Virus record (IMG/VR): IMGVR_UViG_3300029822_000040
Coordinates: 1-35,115 of that record
Direction: 5' to 3' (one strand)
Length of the DNA stretch: 35,115 nt
Origin: a virus
Lineage: Duplodnaviria > Caudoviricetes
In this document: positions 9,146 through 17,937 of the stretch, piece after piece
Layout: each line of letters begins with the position of its first letter
How positions within the stretch are numbered: position 1 is the first letter of the stretch
The notes under the pieces: model-generated
What the model was told of the DNA's origin: nothing
Seen by the model: only the letters and a program-made list of their open reading frames with translations
Databases searched by the model: none
Position numbers and translations under genes: made by a program

Positions 9146-9287
9146 GACCTTTCGCCTTCCTTCCATCGTGCTTTTCTTTTTTAGGTAACGCTGCGGGTAG
9201 TTTAAAACCCCCACGATGCCCATTCTTACGGCGTTCCTCTCGGTTCGCGTAATCACTTGTGTAGCTGTGTTTACTTTCTGGGTTCAT
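9123..9287 (-). CDS. Small basic protein, 54 aa (not in ORF track)
   Basis: MNPESKHSYTSDYANREERRKNGHRGGFK...; AAGGGGG RBS before the ATG; NRxERR motif. Confidence 0.65.
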   Translation of the reverse strand: MNPESKHSYTSDYANREERRKNGHRGGFKLPAALPKKEKHDGRKAKGHETRFSI

Positions 9288-9333
9288 AAATTGTTACCCC
9301 CTTGTATAAGTGTTGTATTTGTTGGTTATAGTA

Positions 9334-12300
9334 TTAGTAGTCGTCGTCAACGTCGTCGAATAGCCCTAACTGCATACAATAGGCTATATAGGCATTAAAC
9401 CGTGGCGTTTTTCGATAACCACCCGAAGTCATTTGCACCATTCGCATTTTCGTTAACATGTTCACGATGGCTTTTGTTTCGTCACGCTCAATTGACAGCA
9501 TTGCTTCCACGTCGCTTAGTCGTAAATATTTCTGCTGGGCGAAAAGCTTAATAAATTCAAAAAATTTAATGTTTCCGCGTAGCGTGTCGATATTTCGCAG
9601 GTCGTTTGTTAACTTTTCATAGCGTTCTTGTGTCATGACTTCCTCTTTCAAAGCCAGCTTTGCGTAGTAATTAAGGGCGCATCCTGGGGCGTTGTATACA
9701 GCCTTTAGGTATTCCCCTATAAACTCTACATGCCCGACCCATACCTGGATGCGATTTCCCGATTCGTCCACGCTATGCGTAAGGGACGCGAGTGCTACCG
9801 CAAGGCGGGCAACCTTATTACGTTGGTCCGAAGGCGATACCAGCGGCACGTCGTTCGCGTTGCCGTATAACTTACTAAGCATGGTCGACACTTCTAGTAT
9901 CTTTTCGACGGTGCCTTCCATAAATACCACGTCATCGGCTGTACGTGACCATGAGAATAGGACGGACGCCTTTAGGGTGTCGCTTGTGATAATCGACGGG
10001 TAGGTCGGTAGCGTTTGGTTGTACAGCTCTGCTGGAACATCGGTTGACCTCATAAACACAGCGAAGTCAAAACGTCGAATGTCCTCGTTGTTAAACACGT
10101 CTCGCAAGCTCTCTACGCCCTGTGCGTAATCAGCTAACCTTTTACCCTTTGGAACGTTCCCAGACAGGATAGCGCGAACCCTGCACGTTGTTTCGGCTGT
10201 TACAGCTCGTTTTACTTCGAGCTTGCCATCGGAACGTGCTAGTGTCATTTCGCCGTAGTCATCTTTCGAGATACCCGTGTCCTCGTCAATCCATATCATT
10301 TCTTTGTCAGCTAGTGCCCAGGCACCCCAGACAATATACCAGGCGCCGCCGTTACCCGATTGCTCCATTTTGTACGTAAGACCTGTTCGGCTCGTACTCT
10401 CTGCGTTCACACGTGTACCTAGCCCTGCGTATTTCATGATTTTCTCAATCAATGCCGATTTCCCTGTACCTGTATCACCGACAACCTTCATTTCTACCCA
10501 GCCGCGTATCGGGTTAAGGTCCCACGGCACTCGGAACCTTAAAACAGAATGGTAGGTTAAGAGAACGCCTAGCAATGTCTCGTCACGTTCGACAATATGC
10601 GTCACGTTGTACGTAAGGTCTGACAGTACCGCCGTAAGCTTTTCCTCGATGCTGGCTGCTGTATAGTCGGCTGGCTGGAATACCGCGAGCATTTCCTTTA
10701 CGTCGTCGGTCATCTCGAAGCTTTCTACCACGTCCTGCAACGGCTTCGCATTCTTTAGTAGTATCGTGGCTTCTGCGTTTTTTGGATGCGGGTATACATA
10801 GCCCGATACCTCGTAGTATTTATTTTCGGTTACAGGCATATCGCCGATTGCATAAATACGGCGTAATACATAACCGTCGTCGCGTTCTTCCAGGTCGTCC
10901 TCTGATTCGCTCGCCATTGGAATGACTAGCATTTCGTTCACGTTCGTTTGTTCGACCACTTCTGTATTAAATTTCGCACATTGTGGAATACCACTAATAC
11001 TTTTAATAATGTGCTTAATATTGTCGTCGCCGTTCCCAGCCATTTGAATAAGCTCTCTGTCCTGGACGCCCAGGTCCTTGTAAAGCGTGTGACTTGGTAT
11101 GTCGTATAGTGGGCAATGAGTTTTCTTACAGCCGTCACGACCCCAACAATAGTATTCGATTTTCTTCGGTACGATATACGGCGTGTGTTTTTTCCCAGCT
11201 ACCATGACCTTTGTTGTGACTAAACTGCCTGTCAGTTCTGCATCGGCTGTCTGTGACAGGTGCATGGACACGGCTTCCTCGTCATCTGCGTGGTTCTTTT
11301 TAATGGCATGGCATAAAGGTCCAGCACATGCTACACGCTCGTAGTCGCTGCTTCCTGGGTGTTTCTCGCCGTGTAACGAGCGAATGAAGGCACAGCCGAA
11401 TTTGTAGTTATTGTCTTTACTGTATACGGCGTCTATAACGCTACGTGTATTCGCTATACGCTGGTCTACCTGGTAGTCACTACCTGCGCTCGTATTTCGG
11501 ATAACCCATTCCGTTAGAATGTTGGTCGTTTCTTCCTGGGTGTGCCCTGCGTCCTTGTAATAGCAGGCAAGCTGTACGGTTGCCTGGTTGCGGTCGCCTT
11601 CTTTCTTCCAGCCGCCGTTAAGAATATCTTGTACACAGGCTGGTGGACGACCTTTCACAAAATGAAATTCCTCTTTTTCGTAACGAGCGTTCGCCGTAGA
11701 TGCCGCCTGGCTGTATTCCTGCAGCTTGTCCTCATAGAAGGCAGCCGCTGCGTTACGTATACCCAGCGCGTCCTTACGTTCTTTTGTCGTGAATGGTAGC
11801 TCTTTACGTGGCATACTTGCCATGTTTTTAATCTCGTCAAGTGACAGGCTGCGAAGCTCGTCTATGCTGATTTCGATTTTAAATAATCGCGTTTTTGCGT
11901 GAATCGAGTTAGGCAAACGTAACATACGATACGCCGTATAAACGACTGTATCCAGCGACCGTAGACCCAGCCTGTGGATTGTATAACCTGCAATGTGTTT
12001 AAAAGCCTTGTGTAAGTCTGGTGCTGGTTCTATGCCCAGCGCCTGGCTGCTTATGAGTACATGGAAGCCCTTTGACCCCGAAAAATATATGTAGATGTCG
12101 GTTTCCTGGACGTCCAGCTCTTGCATGAAAAATTCTACTAGTTTTACCGCGTCTGCCTGGCTGACTGACGGGTCTGGCTCATAATCAAGGTCGAAGTAAA
12201 GAGGCGCGATGAACGCCTCGCCCTTCGTTTTGACCTTGTTGGCGAAACGCTGTACCGTGCAGAAAGCGTTATAGTTATTCGCTTCCTGCTGGTACGCGGT

Positions 12301-12411
12301 GACTTCGCCCACCTCTAAGCGCGTCCATGCTGCGCTTTTCCCGTTCTGGTCACTGTGCCAGGCGTCAACGTATTTAAAGTCCGTTACTTTCGGTGCTTTA
12401 GTTGTTGCCAT
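9334..12411 (-). CDS. AEP primase - MCM-like AAA+ helicase fusion (BcMCM-type)
   Basis: AEP motifs LYFDLD, FSGSKGFH, LRLPNS; MCM motifs GDTGTGKS (Walker A), TGLT, GAWALAD, WIDED (Walker B), SGN, IRRFD (Arg finger); Cys cluster CWGRDGCKKTHC. Confidence 0.93.
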   Translation of the reverse strand: MATTKAPKVTDFKYVDAWHSDQNGKSAAWTRLEVGEVTAYQQEANNYNAFCTVQRFANKVKTKGEAFIAPLYFDLDYEPDPSVSQADAVKLVEFFMQELDVQETDIYIYFSGSKGFHVLISSQALGIEPAPDLHKAFKHIAGYTIHRLGLRSLDTVVYTAYRMLRLPNSIHAKTRLFKIEISIDELRSLSLDEIKNMASMPRKELPFTTKERKDALGIRNAAAAFYEDKLQEYSQAASTANARYEKEEFHFVKGRPPACVQDILNGGWKKEGDRNQATVQLACYYKDAGHTQEETTNILTEWVIRNTSAGSDYQVDQRIANTRSVIDAVYSKDNNYKFGCAFIRSLHGEKHPGSSDYERVACAGPLCHAIKKNHADDEEAVSMHLSQTADAELTGSLVTTKVMVAGKKHTPYIVPKKIEYYCWGRDGCKKTHCPLYDIPSHTLYKDLGVQDRELIQMAGNGDDNIKHIIKSISGIPQCAKFNTEVVEQTNVNEMLVIPMASESEDDLEERDDGYVLRRIYAIGDMPVTENKYYEVSGYVYPHPKNAEATILLKNAKPLQDVVESFEMTDDVKEMLAVFQPADYTAASIEEKLTAVLSDLTYNVTHIVERDETLLGVLLTYHSVLRFRVPWDLNPIRGWVEMKVVGDTGTGKSALIEKIMKYAGLGTRVNAESTSRTGLTYKMEQSGNGGAWYIVWGAWALADKEMIWIDEDTGISKDDYGEMTLARSDGKLEVKRAVTAETTCRVRAILSGNVPKGKRLADYAQGVESLRDVFNNEDIRRFDFAVFMRSTDVPAELYNQTLPTYPSIITSDTLKASVLFSWSRTADDVVFMEGTVEKILEVSTMLSKLYGNANDVPLVSPSDQRNKVARLAVALASLTHSVDESGNRIQVWVGHVEFIGEYLKAVYNAPGCALNYYAKLALKEEVMTQERYEKLTNDLRNIDTLRGNIKFFEFIKLFAQQKYLRLSDVEAMLSIERDETKAIVNMLTKMRMVQMTSGGYRKTPRFNAYIAYCMQLGLFDDVDDDY

Positions 12412-12435
12412 GTCGTTGCCGCCCTTCGTGTGCTA

Positions 12436-13215
12436 TTACTCTGCTGGTGTTTCGGTTGTGCCTGCTGGTTCCACGTTCACTTGTAAGTCGTCGGCTGGGT
12501 TATCCGTTAAACCGTAGTCGGCTGGATTGAACAAGCCTACAGGCTCAAACTTCGTACCTAAATAGCTTTCATTGCTGTTGTTTTTACGTTCTTCTGATGT
12601 GAAACGCGTCACGACATTATTAATGGCTGTACGGCGTGGGATATTTAACGCTTTGTACTTGCCGTCGAATACTGCTTTTGCGTATTTGCCCCAGCCGATT
12701 GTGTCGCCTTTTGGCAGGTCGAATACATACACTAGTGGGCTTTCTCCAGGTGTTAACGTTTCGACAGGTACTAGGTAACATAAGTAACGTAATTGAATAT
12801 CATCGTTGTTGTAGCGTGAAGCTGCGTCGGGGTTATCTGCCAGGAATGCTCCTAGTGCTTCCTCGGCTTCCTCACGTGTGCGCTCGGCTGTGATAATGCT
12901 GCCCTTCTCTGGACTACCATCGGCACCCCATAACATGTAACGCTGCTCGCCTTGCGCCACTACTACGTCGATAGAATCGCCGTAACTAATTTGCTCGTCC
13001 GCTGCATCGACGTAGTTCCCTTTCTTGTTCAGTTTTAACCAATCAGCCAGGCGAACATAATCCAGGTCCATGCCTTCGTTGACTTCTAAAAACTCGCGTT
13101 GCGTTTGTTCCAGGATGGCAGCTACGTAAGCTGTGCGTTTTTTCGCTACTACGATACCGCCGTTTTGTTGTGCTTGTACTTCCGTTGTTTGTGCTTGTGT
13201 TTGTTCTGTTGTCAT
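12436..13215 (-). CDS. Putative single-stranded DNA-binding protein
   Basis: Immediately upstream of primase-helicase and polymerase; beta-rich core, acidic low-complexity C-tail; assigned from context. Confidence 0.5.
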   Translation of the reverse strand: MTTEQTQAQTTEVQAQQNGGIVVAKKRTAYVAAILEQTQREFLEVNEGMDLDYVRLADWLKLNKKGNYVDAADEQISYGDSIDVVVAQGEQRYMLWGADGSPEKGSIITAERTREEAEEALGAFLADNPDAASRYNNDDIQLRYLCYLVPVETLTPGESPLVYVFDLPKGDTIGWGKYAKAVFDGKYKALNIPRRTAINNVVTRFTSEERKNNSNESYLGTKFEPVGLFNPADYGLTDNPADDLQVNVEPAGTTETPAE

Positions 13216-13220
13216 GTGCG

Positions 13221-13466
13221 TTATTCCCCTTTAATGTTTGTATTTTTTGTGATGTAACTAATTAATGCAGCTTTCGTGACGCGCTTTTGCTTGTACTTCT
13301 TCTCTGGGTCCAAAACAAAATATTCTATCTTGCCCTCGTCCAGCAGCATGTCGACGTACCTGCGAGTGATACCCAGGGCTTCTGCTACCTGGTCTGGGTC
13401 CAGCCCGATAGCTGGGTATTTTTCTAGCTGCGCCTCTAACATAGCTAGCTGGTCCTCTTGTGCCAT
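13221..13466 (-). CDS. Xis/BldC-like (HTH_17, MerR-superfamily) winged-helix DNA-binding protein
   Basis: LDPDQVAEALGITRRYVDMLLDEGKI...KRVTKAALISYI; AAGGGAGG RBS before ATG 13466. Confidence 0.85.
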   Translation of the reverse strand: MAQEDQLAMLEAQLEKYPAIGLDPDQVAEALGITRRYVDMLLDEGKIEYFVLDPEKKYKQKRVTKAALISYITKNTNIKGE

Positions 13467-13503
13467 TGGTTGTCCTCCCTTCAAGTGCTGTAATTCATTT
13501 AGT

Positions 13504-13543
13504 ATGTTCCGCTTTGTTCTACTATATTCTACTTTGTTCTACT
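13504..13543 (-). repeat. Four tandem 10-bp direct repeats (AGTAGAACAA consensus), putative operator
   Basis: AGTAGAACAA AGTAGAATAT AGTAGAACAA AGCGGAACAT on the - strand. Confidence 0.9.
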
Positions 13544-13549
13544 TGTCTA
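13521..13549 (-). promoter_or_regulatory. Sigma-A promoter of the replication operon
   Basis: TAGACA-17 bp-TATAGT, AT-rich upstream. Confidence 0.75.
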
Positions 13550-13564
13550 CTAAAAATTTTATAA

Positions 13565-13634
13565 TTCGACACGATTTTTCTGCCGCATTTTTCGCACGCA
13601 GCTTTCGACACTATTTTTCTACCGCATTTTTCGC
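13565..13634. repeat. 31-bp imperfect direct repeat duplicating the 3' end of the ThyX-like gene
   Basis: 13565-13595 TTCGACACGATTTTTCTGCCGCATTTTTCGC vs 13604-13634 TTCGACACTATTTTTCTACCGCATTTTTCGC (29/31). Confidence 0.85.
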
Positions 13635-14582
13635 GTCACGCTGCCACGATTTGAATTGCTCATACTCGGCAGCCGTAACCGTTTTGACCTTGTTAGTATG
13701 TTCCCACTGTTTCGTATCGGTATACACCATACGGAAATGCTCGCCGAATACAGGGACATGCTGCTCGATTTGGTCGGCTAGAATCTCCAGCACTTCTTTT
13801 AATTCTGGGTGCGTCTTGGTTAACTTGCTTCGCATATGGTACACGTAGCGCAGGTTAAACAAGTCGATTTTCCATAAGGCGTTACTTGCCATACCGATAG
13901 GCATAAGCCCACGTTGTACGTCGCGGTCACGTCCGTTTTTGGCTGGGACCTGTGCGTACTTCTCCAGCACATAGCCGAAGGGTGTAAGGCTATACGTTTG
14001 CCCTTCCCTTGTTAGGTGTGCTGGATACTGCCCCATAGGTCGTACGTCGTTTGCTTCGTGTGCCTGGTTGATTAATGGCAGCGCCTCATAGAAAGGAATG
14101 ACCTTCCCGTTATACCACTCTGACAGCTCCACAGAAGCGATTTCTGCCAGGCGGGTACTAAATCTTGTAATGCGGTTATTAAACGCTATGGCGTGGCTGT
14201 CTAGGTCGTCCTGTGCGCCTCTATGTAGCCCCTCTGTGAAAAAGCTCACGTCAATGTATTTCATGAGCGTGTGATGTGTAAACTCGCCCATAGCGTTATC
14301 CTTTGTGAGTCCCAGCAGGCGCTTAAACTCTGCGACGTCCTCGGCGTAGTTACCTGTTACCTTACTGTTACGCTGTGTACGTTCTCTTTCGACCCACATG
14401 GCGGACTCTAAATTTTGTTGGTACTGCTCCTGGCTGTTCAAAAACCCTTGTGCATTTGTTACCAGCCATATAAGCTGTTGGATTTCCTGTGCCTTTTCCC
14501 AGCTATAAAACTTCCCTTTCGACATACGTAGCGCCATGATAGCGTCCTCATAGCCGCTGACCTTGAATAAATGTATTTGCAT
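13611..14582 (-). CDS. Divergent ThyX-like (FAD-dependent thymidylate synthase fold) protein
   Basis: H-x-TLMKY-x4-F-x2-EGLHRG, STR, RGLMPIG, NLRYVYHMR...HPE follow the ThyX layout, but the RHR motif is replaced by DSHA. Confidence 0.6.
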   Translation of the reverse strand: MQIHLFKVSGYEDAIMALRMSKGKFYSWEKAQEIQQLIWLVTNAQGFLNSQEQYQQNLESAMWVERERTQRNSKVTGNYAEDVAEFKRLLGLTKDNAMGEFTHHTLMKYIDVSFFTEGLHRGAQDDLDSHAIAFNNRITRFSTRLAEIASVELSEWYNGKVIPFYEALPLINQAHEANDVRPMGQYPAHLTREGQTYSLTPFGYVLEKYAQVPAKNGRDRDVQRGLMPIGMASNALWKIDLFNLRYVYHMRSKLTKTHPELKEVLEILADQIEQHVPVFGEHFRMVYTDTKQWEHTNKVKTVTAAEYEQFKSWQRDAKNAVEK

Positions 14583-14583
14583 A

Positions 14584-14790
14584 TTATCGTTCCCTTTCTA
14601 CCTCGACGCCTTCGTCTAGGCGCAGCGTTTTTCCTACGGGCAGCATGTCGATGTCTCGGCGCAACGTGGACTGTTTGAAGTCCATCGGCAGCCCTTCGAC
14701 TAAGTTGTCGTCAATCGTTGCCAGGACCGCCGTAGCGCTTGCCTCGCGGAATGTACTTTCGTGTACACTGACTTTAAATAGTTTTCGCAT
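14584..14790 (-). CDS. Hypothetical protein (~68 aa)
   Basis: ATG 14790 with AAGGGG RBS; the longer track ORF overlaps the upstream gene. Confidence 0.7.
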   Translation of the reverse strand: MRKLFKVSVHESTFREASATAVLATIDDNLVEGLPMDFKQSTLRRDIDMLPVGKTLRLDEGVEVERER

Positions 14791-14801
14791 ATAGTGCCCC
14801 C

Positions 14802-15074
14802 TTATTCCGTTTTTGCTGGCACTTCGTCCCATTCTGTGACTTCCAGCTCTGCGCTGTATGGACTGCTGTAGTCGCTGCTTGGATACTCGATGACCTTTGC
14901 CCCTGGTATAAATTTTTCGATAGCGATTGCCACGTCTCCAGGTGCTTGACACTGACGGTCGATGTAATCACAAAGTTTTTCGACTGTCATGGTATCGACG
15001 TTCTCTGCAGGTAGTTCGACAACCGCCTTACGCTCATAACGTACCTGCTCGGTAAAATCAATTTGTAAATGCAT
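14802..15074 (-). CDS. Hypothetical acidic protein
   Basis: GGGGGTGAAGG RBS; operon packing. Confidence 0.75.
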   Translation of the reverse strand: MHLQIDFTEQVRYERKAVVELPAENVDTMTVEKLCDYIDRQCQAPGDVAIAIEKFIPGAKVIEYPSSDYSSPYSAELEVTEWDEVPAKTE

Positions 15075-15078
15075 ACCT

Positions 15079-15303
15079 TCACCCCCTGCCTGTTACAATG
15101 TCGTAATGTTCTTGCTTCATCCATATAAAGCCGCCTGCTTGTGCTTGCCCTTCTCCGTAACGCTTGCTACCTATACAGCGTTTTATAGCAGAATGCCCGA
15201 CCTTCGTTGCTGTAGCTGCTGCGTTAATGTCTGGGTACTTCCCTACGACCTTGCCTGTGAGTCTATCAATTTGAACCACAGGTATAGATGTAAGCTCGCT
15301 CAT
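15079..15303 (-). CDS. Stand-alone NUMOD1 DNA-binding domain protein
   Basis: PVVQID-x2-G-x5-Y-x2-I-x-AA...I-x2-C...AGGFIW. Confidence 0.8.
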   Translation of the reverse strand: MSELTSIPVVQIDRLTGKVVGKYPDINAAATATKVGHSAIKRCIGSKRYGEGQAQAGGFIWMKQEHYDIVTGRG

Positions 15304-15316
15304 ACTATCACCCCCT

Positions 15317-17011
15317 TTACATAGGCAGCCCAGAAAATAGCTCCGTAGTGTTTAAAAAGTCCTCGATTTCCTGCGCCTTGTTGCGTTTCTTCTTCGGCAC
15401 ATGCAGGTCTAATCGTGTGTACACCTTACGGCGTGAGTAGTATTGGTCCTGGAATACACCGACCTCAAAGTCCACATAATCGAACCATGTTGCCTTTTTA
15501 TCTGGGTTGCCTGGGTCTGGGCGCATGATACGTCCGATTTCCTGCTCCACCGATGCCCCGTTACGTGTCCCTGCAGCGTCTCCGCGTTTAGGTGTAACCA
15601 TGTGCCCTATGTTAAGGTGCGGTAGGTCCAGCCCTTCACGTGCTAGCTGCGTGGCGAATAAAATGTCGATTTGTTTTTCGGTCGCCTGCTGCATGATGGT
15701 TTTTCGCATGGTTGGCGTGACCTGCCATGCTGCCATTTCCTCGTCGGTGTATTGCTCGACCTGTATTTCCAGCCTTTTTAGTCGTTCATTGCGACGTACA
15801 CCTGGGTCCCCTTCCTGTGCGTGGTGCTCTGGCTTCAAGACCTGCCATGTGTATTTTGAGATACCGCCGTGTACGACTGCCATGCGTGGCACTACGCCGT
15901 AACGTTCCATTGCGATTTTCTCCACCAGGTCACGCAGCACGAAGCAATAACGTACCGACTCTGCCAGGACAATGCTGTAGTTGTTCGCTGCATTGTCGAG
16001 TATCGTTTCTGCGACTAACTTTGCGCGGGCTTCGTCGTTGATTAAATCTTTCATTAAGCCCGTGTAGTCCATCATTTCGCCGCCTGCATCGACGTTTTGT
16101 AGGTCGTCGTCTAGGTCGCTGGCTTGCTCTTTATCGAATGCCGTATAAATGAATCGTATTTCTGGCTTGATTAAGCTGCCGCTTTCATACAGCCCGTCGC
16201 GTGGTATTTCGTAAGCGATTGGACCGATACCCTGTAATAAGTAAGCCTCTAGCTGGTCCTTACGGTCTGGGGTCGCTGTGACCCCTAGCATATTCACGGC
16301 TGGGAATTGCCCTGCTACGTCGATAAACGCAGGCGCTGGGAAATGATGCGCTTCGTCGACAACCACTGTGCCGATAATGTCCTTTAAGCCTTCAATGATA
16401 TGCGGGTTCTGCTCCAGCGTTTTTATGCTGGCAATAATCAGCTTGCCGTCACCGTAGTCACGTTTACCGTCACCGATGACACCGACTTTACCGACCCCCA
16501 GCAAGTATTTTTCGGCGTTCGCTTTTGACTGGTATAGCAGGTCCTTCGTGTGCGTTAACCACAAAGCAGGGACGCCTTTTTCTAAGATGTATTTCATGCC
16601 CATAAGTGTTTTACCACTACCTGCAGGGGCTACTAATACGGCGTTTTCCTTCTGTACAATGGCGTCGATAGCTGGCTCCTGGTAGGCTCTAGGCATGTAT
16701 GCAGGATTCCAGGGTCCGAAGTTAACAGGCTGCCCTAACGTTTGCTGTTTTTTGATAACCTTTTTCGGGTCCAGCCCTAACGTTTTTAGGATTCCGTGTA
16801 ACCGTTCCTCGAAGCCTCTAGGCGCGATTAAGTCGCCCAGGTCATAAAAGTACAGCTCTAGTCGTTGCGATAGCCCATAGGTCGGCTGGCGACGTTTTTT
16901 ACGGGCTGCGTATGCAGGGTTGTCGAGTGTGAGTTCTTTTGTGATGGCAGCCTTTAACGGGACGCTCGCCCCGCGTATGCGAATATTGTTGGTTATAAAG
17001 ATTTGTAGCAT
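15317..17011 (-). CDS. Superfamily 2 DEAH-box helicase (UvsW/XPB-like)
   Basis: PRAYQ, APAGSGKT, DEAHH, TATP, EGLDLP, QEIGRIMR. Confidence 0.95.
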   Translation of the reverse strand: MLQIFITNNIRIRGASVPLKAAITKELTLDNPAYAARKKRRQPTYGLSQRLELYFYDLGDLIAPRGFEERLHGILKTLGLDPKKVIKKQQTLGQPVNFGPWNPAYMPRAYQEPAIDAIVQKENAVLVAPAGSGKTLMGMKYILEKGVPALWLTHTKDLLYQSKANAEKYLLGVGKVGVIGDGKRDYGDGKLIIASIKTLEQNPHIIEGLKDIIGTVVVDEAHHFPAPAFIDVAGQFPAVNMLGVTATPDRKDQLEAYLLQGIGPIAYEIPRDGLYESGSLIKPEIRFIYTAFDKEQASDLDDDLQNVDAGGEMMDYTGLMKDLINDEARAKLVAETILDNAANNYSIVLAESVRYCFVLRDLVEKIAMERYGVVPRMAVVHGGISKYTWQVLKPEHHAQEGDPGVRRNERLKRLEIQVEQYTDEEMAAWQVTPTMRKTIMQQATEKQIDILFATQLAREGLDLPHLNIGHMVTPKRGDAAGTRNGASVEQEIGRIMRPDPGNPDKKATWFDYVDFEVGVFQDQYYSRRKVYTRLDLHVPKKKRNKAQEIEDFLNTTELFSGLPM

Positions 17012-17505
17012 GTTAACAACTCCCTTAAATCGTATCGTCGTTTCCCGTCATCTGACGGCAATAGTGGTATTTCGACACATTTTATTTCCTGGGACATAAA
17101 TTCCTGCAATGTGATGTATCTGCGTCCTTTGTTGCCCATAAAGTGAATGGCACTTATTAAGCGAAACCCGTATACGATGTCCCTGCCTTTGGCTTCGTTA
17201 TGAAAGTTAACGAATACCATGCCGTAATTACGCTCAATCACCTGGTCGAAGTCCAGCAGCCCTTTAAGCTGTGACGGGCGTAAATACGATAGCTGGAATT
17301 TGTCGCTTTGTGTACGCTTGTGCTCTGCTAAAATATTGACGTTCTCCAGCAGTACAATTTCGTCCCCTGGTCGGTTCCCGCCGCCACCGTCGGGTATACG
17401 GAACCGCCATACGTTCGGTAGTAGCCGCCAGCTACGGCGTAGCTCGTCCTGGAACGATTCGCCGCGCTGTTGGCGTTCTTTCTGTAGGTTACGTCTCTGT
17501 GTCAT
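16993..17505 (-). CDS. recU: RecU-like Holliday junction resolvase (PD-(D/E)xK)
   Basis: RGESFQDE...PGD...AEHKRT...LRPSQ. Confidence 0.75.
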   Translation of the reverse strand: MTQRRNLQKERQQRGESFQDELRRSWRLLPNVWRFRIPDGGGGNRPGDEIVLLENVNILAEHKRTQSDKFQLSYLRPSQLKGLLDFDQVIERNYGMVFVNFHNEAKGRDIVYGFRLISAIHFMGNKGRRYITLQEFMSQEIKCVEIPLLPSDDGKRRYDLRELLTCYKSL

Positions 17506-17729
17506 AGTTCCCCCCTGTTACGGCGTTCTATAAACTCCGCGGCTACTTCGTAGTAAACAAAGGTATCAGTTTCATAAAAACCATGTAGCAGCTTCGCTGG
17601 TTGATAGCTAGGTACGAAAACTCTCGGATAGTAGTCGTTTATCTTTAGCGCCATAAATAGCGCGTGTTCTTTGTCGTCACTGTCCTGTAGTAATTTCACT
17701 AGCTGTTTTCTAATATCAGCTTTCAACAT
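17502..17729 (-). CDS. Hypothetical protein
   Basis: GAGGTG RBS. Confidence 0.7.
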   Translation of the reverse strand: MLKADIRKQLVKLLQDSDDKEHALFMALKINDYYPRVFVPSYQPAKLLHGFYETDTFVYYEVAAEFIERRNRGEL

Positions 17730-17937
17730 AGCATGTCACCTCTGTGTTATCGTGGCAGGCACGCTCTACGCCCTCTACGTCGATAATAATGTCGCCCGTT
17801 CCGTCGTTTGCCCAGCGCGCGCTAACAATGCGGTGCACGATTAAATGGTGCTTACGACCGTTTACTGCATACGTTACCGTATGACCTATGCGCGTTATCT
17901 GCGTGCCTTTTACGAAACGTAAAAACTTGTAAATCAT
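17716..17937 (-). CDS. Hypothetical protein (~73 aa)
   Basis: ATG 17937 (MIYKF) with GAGGGGG RBS and ATGA overlap. Confidence 0.7.
   Translation of the reverse strand: MIYKFLRFVKGTQITRIGHTVTYAVNGRKHHLIVHRIVSARWANDGTGDIIIDVEGVERACHDNTEVTCYVES

Noticed and set aside
9146-9256. N-terminal extension of the polymerase in the ORF track
   Set aside because: Region is better explained by a 54-aa ORF with its own RBS; ATG 9145 has a purine-rich RBS
13221-13466. Excisionase as evidence of an integrating prophage
   Set aside because: No integrase, att site or host genes in the window; its position heading the replication operon fits a regulator better
13504-13634. Repeats as a mini-CRISPR array
   Set aside because: The 10-bp units have no spacers; the 31-bp repeat has two copies only 8 bp apart; no cas genes
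6692-17011. Inteins or introns in the polymerase, primase-MCM or SF2 helicase
   Set aside because: Insertions are short (~45-55 aa), lack intein terminal motifs and LAGLIDADG blocks, and the frames are continuous
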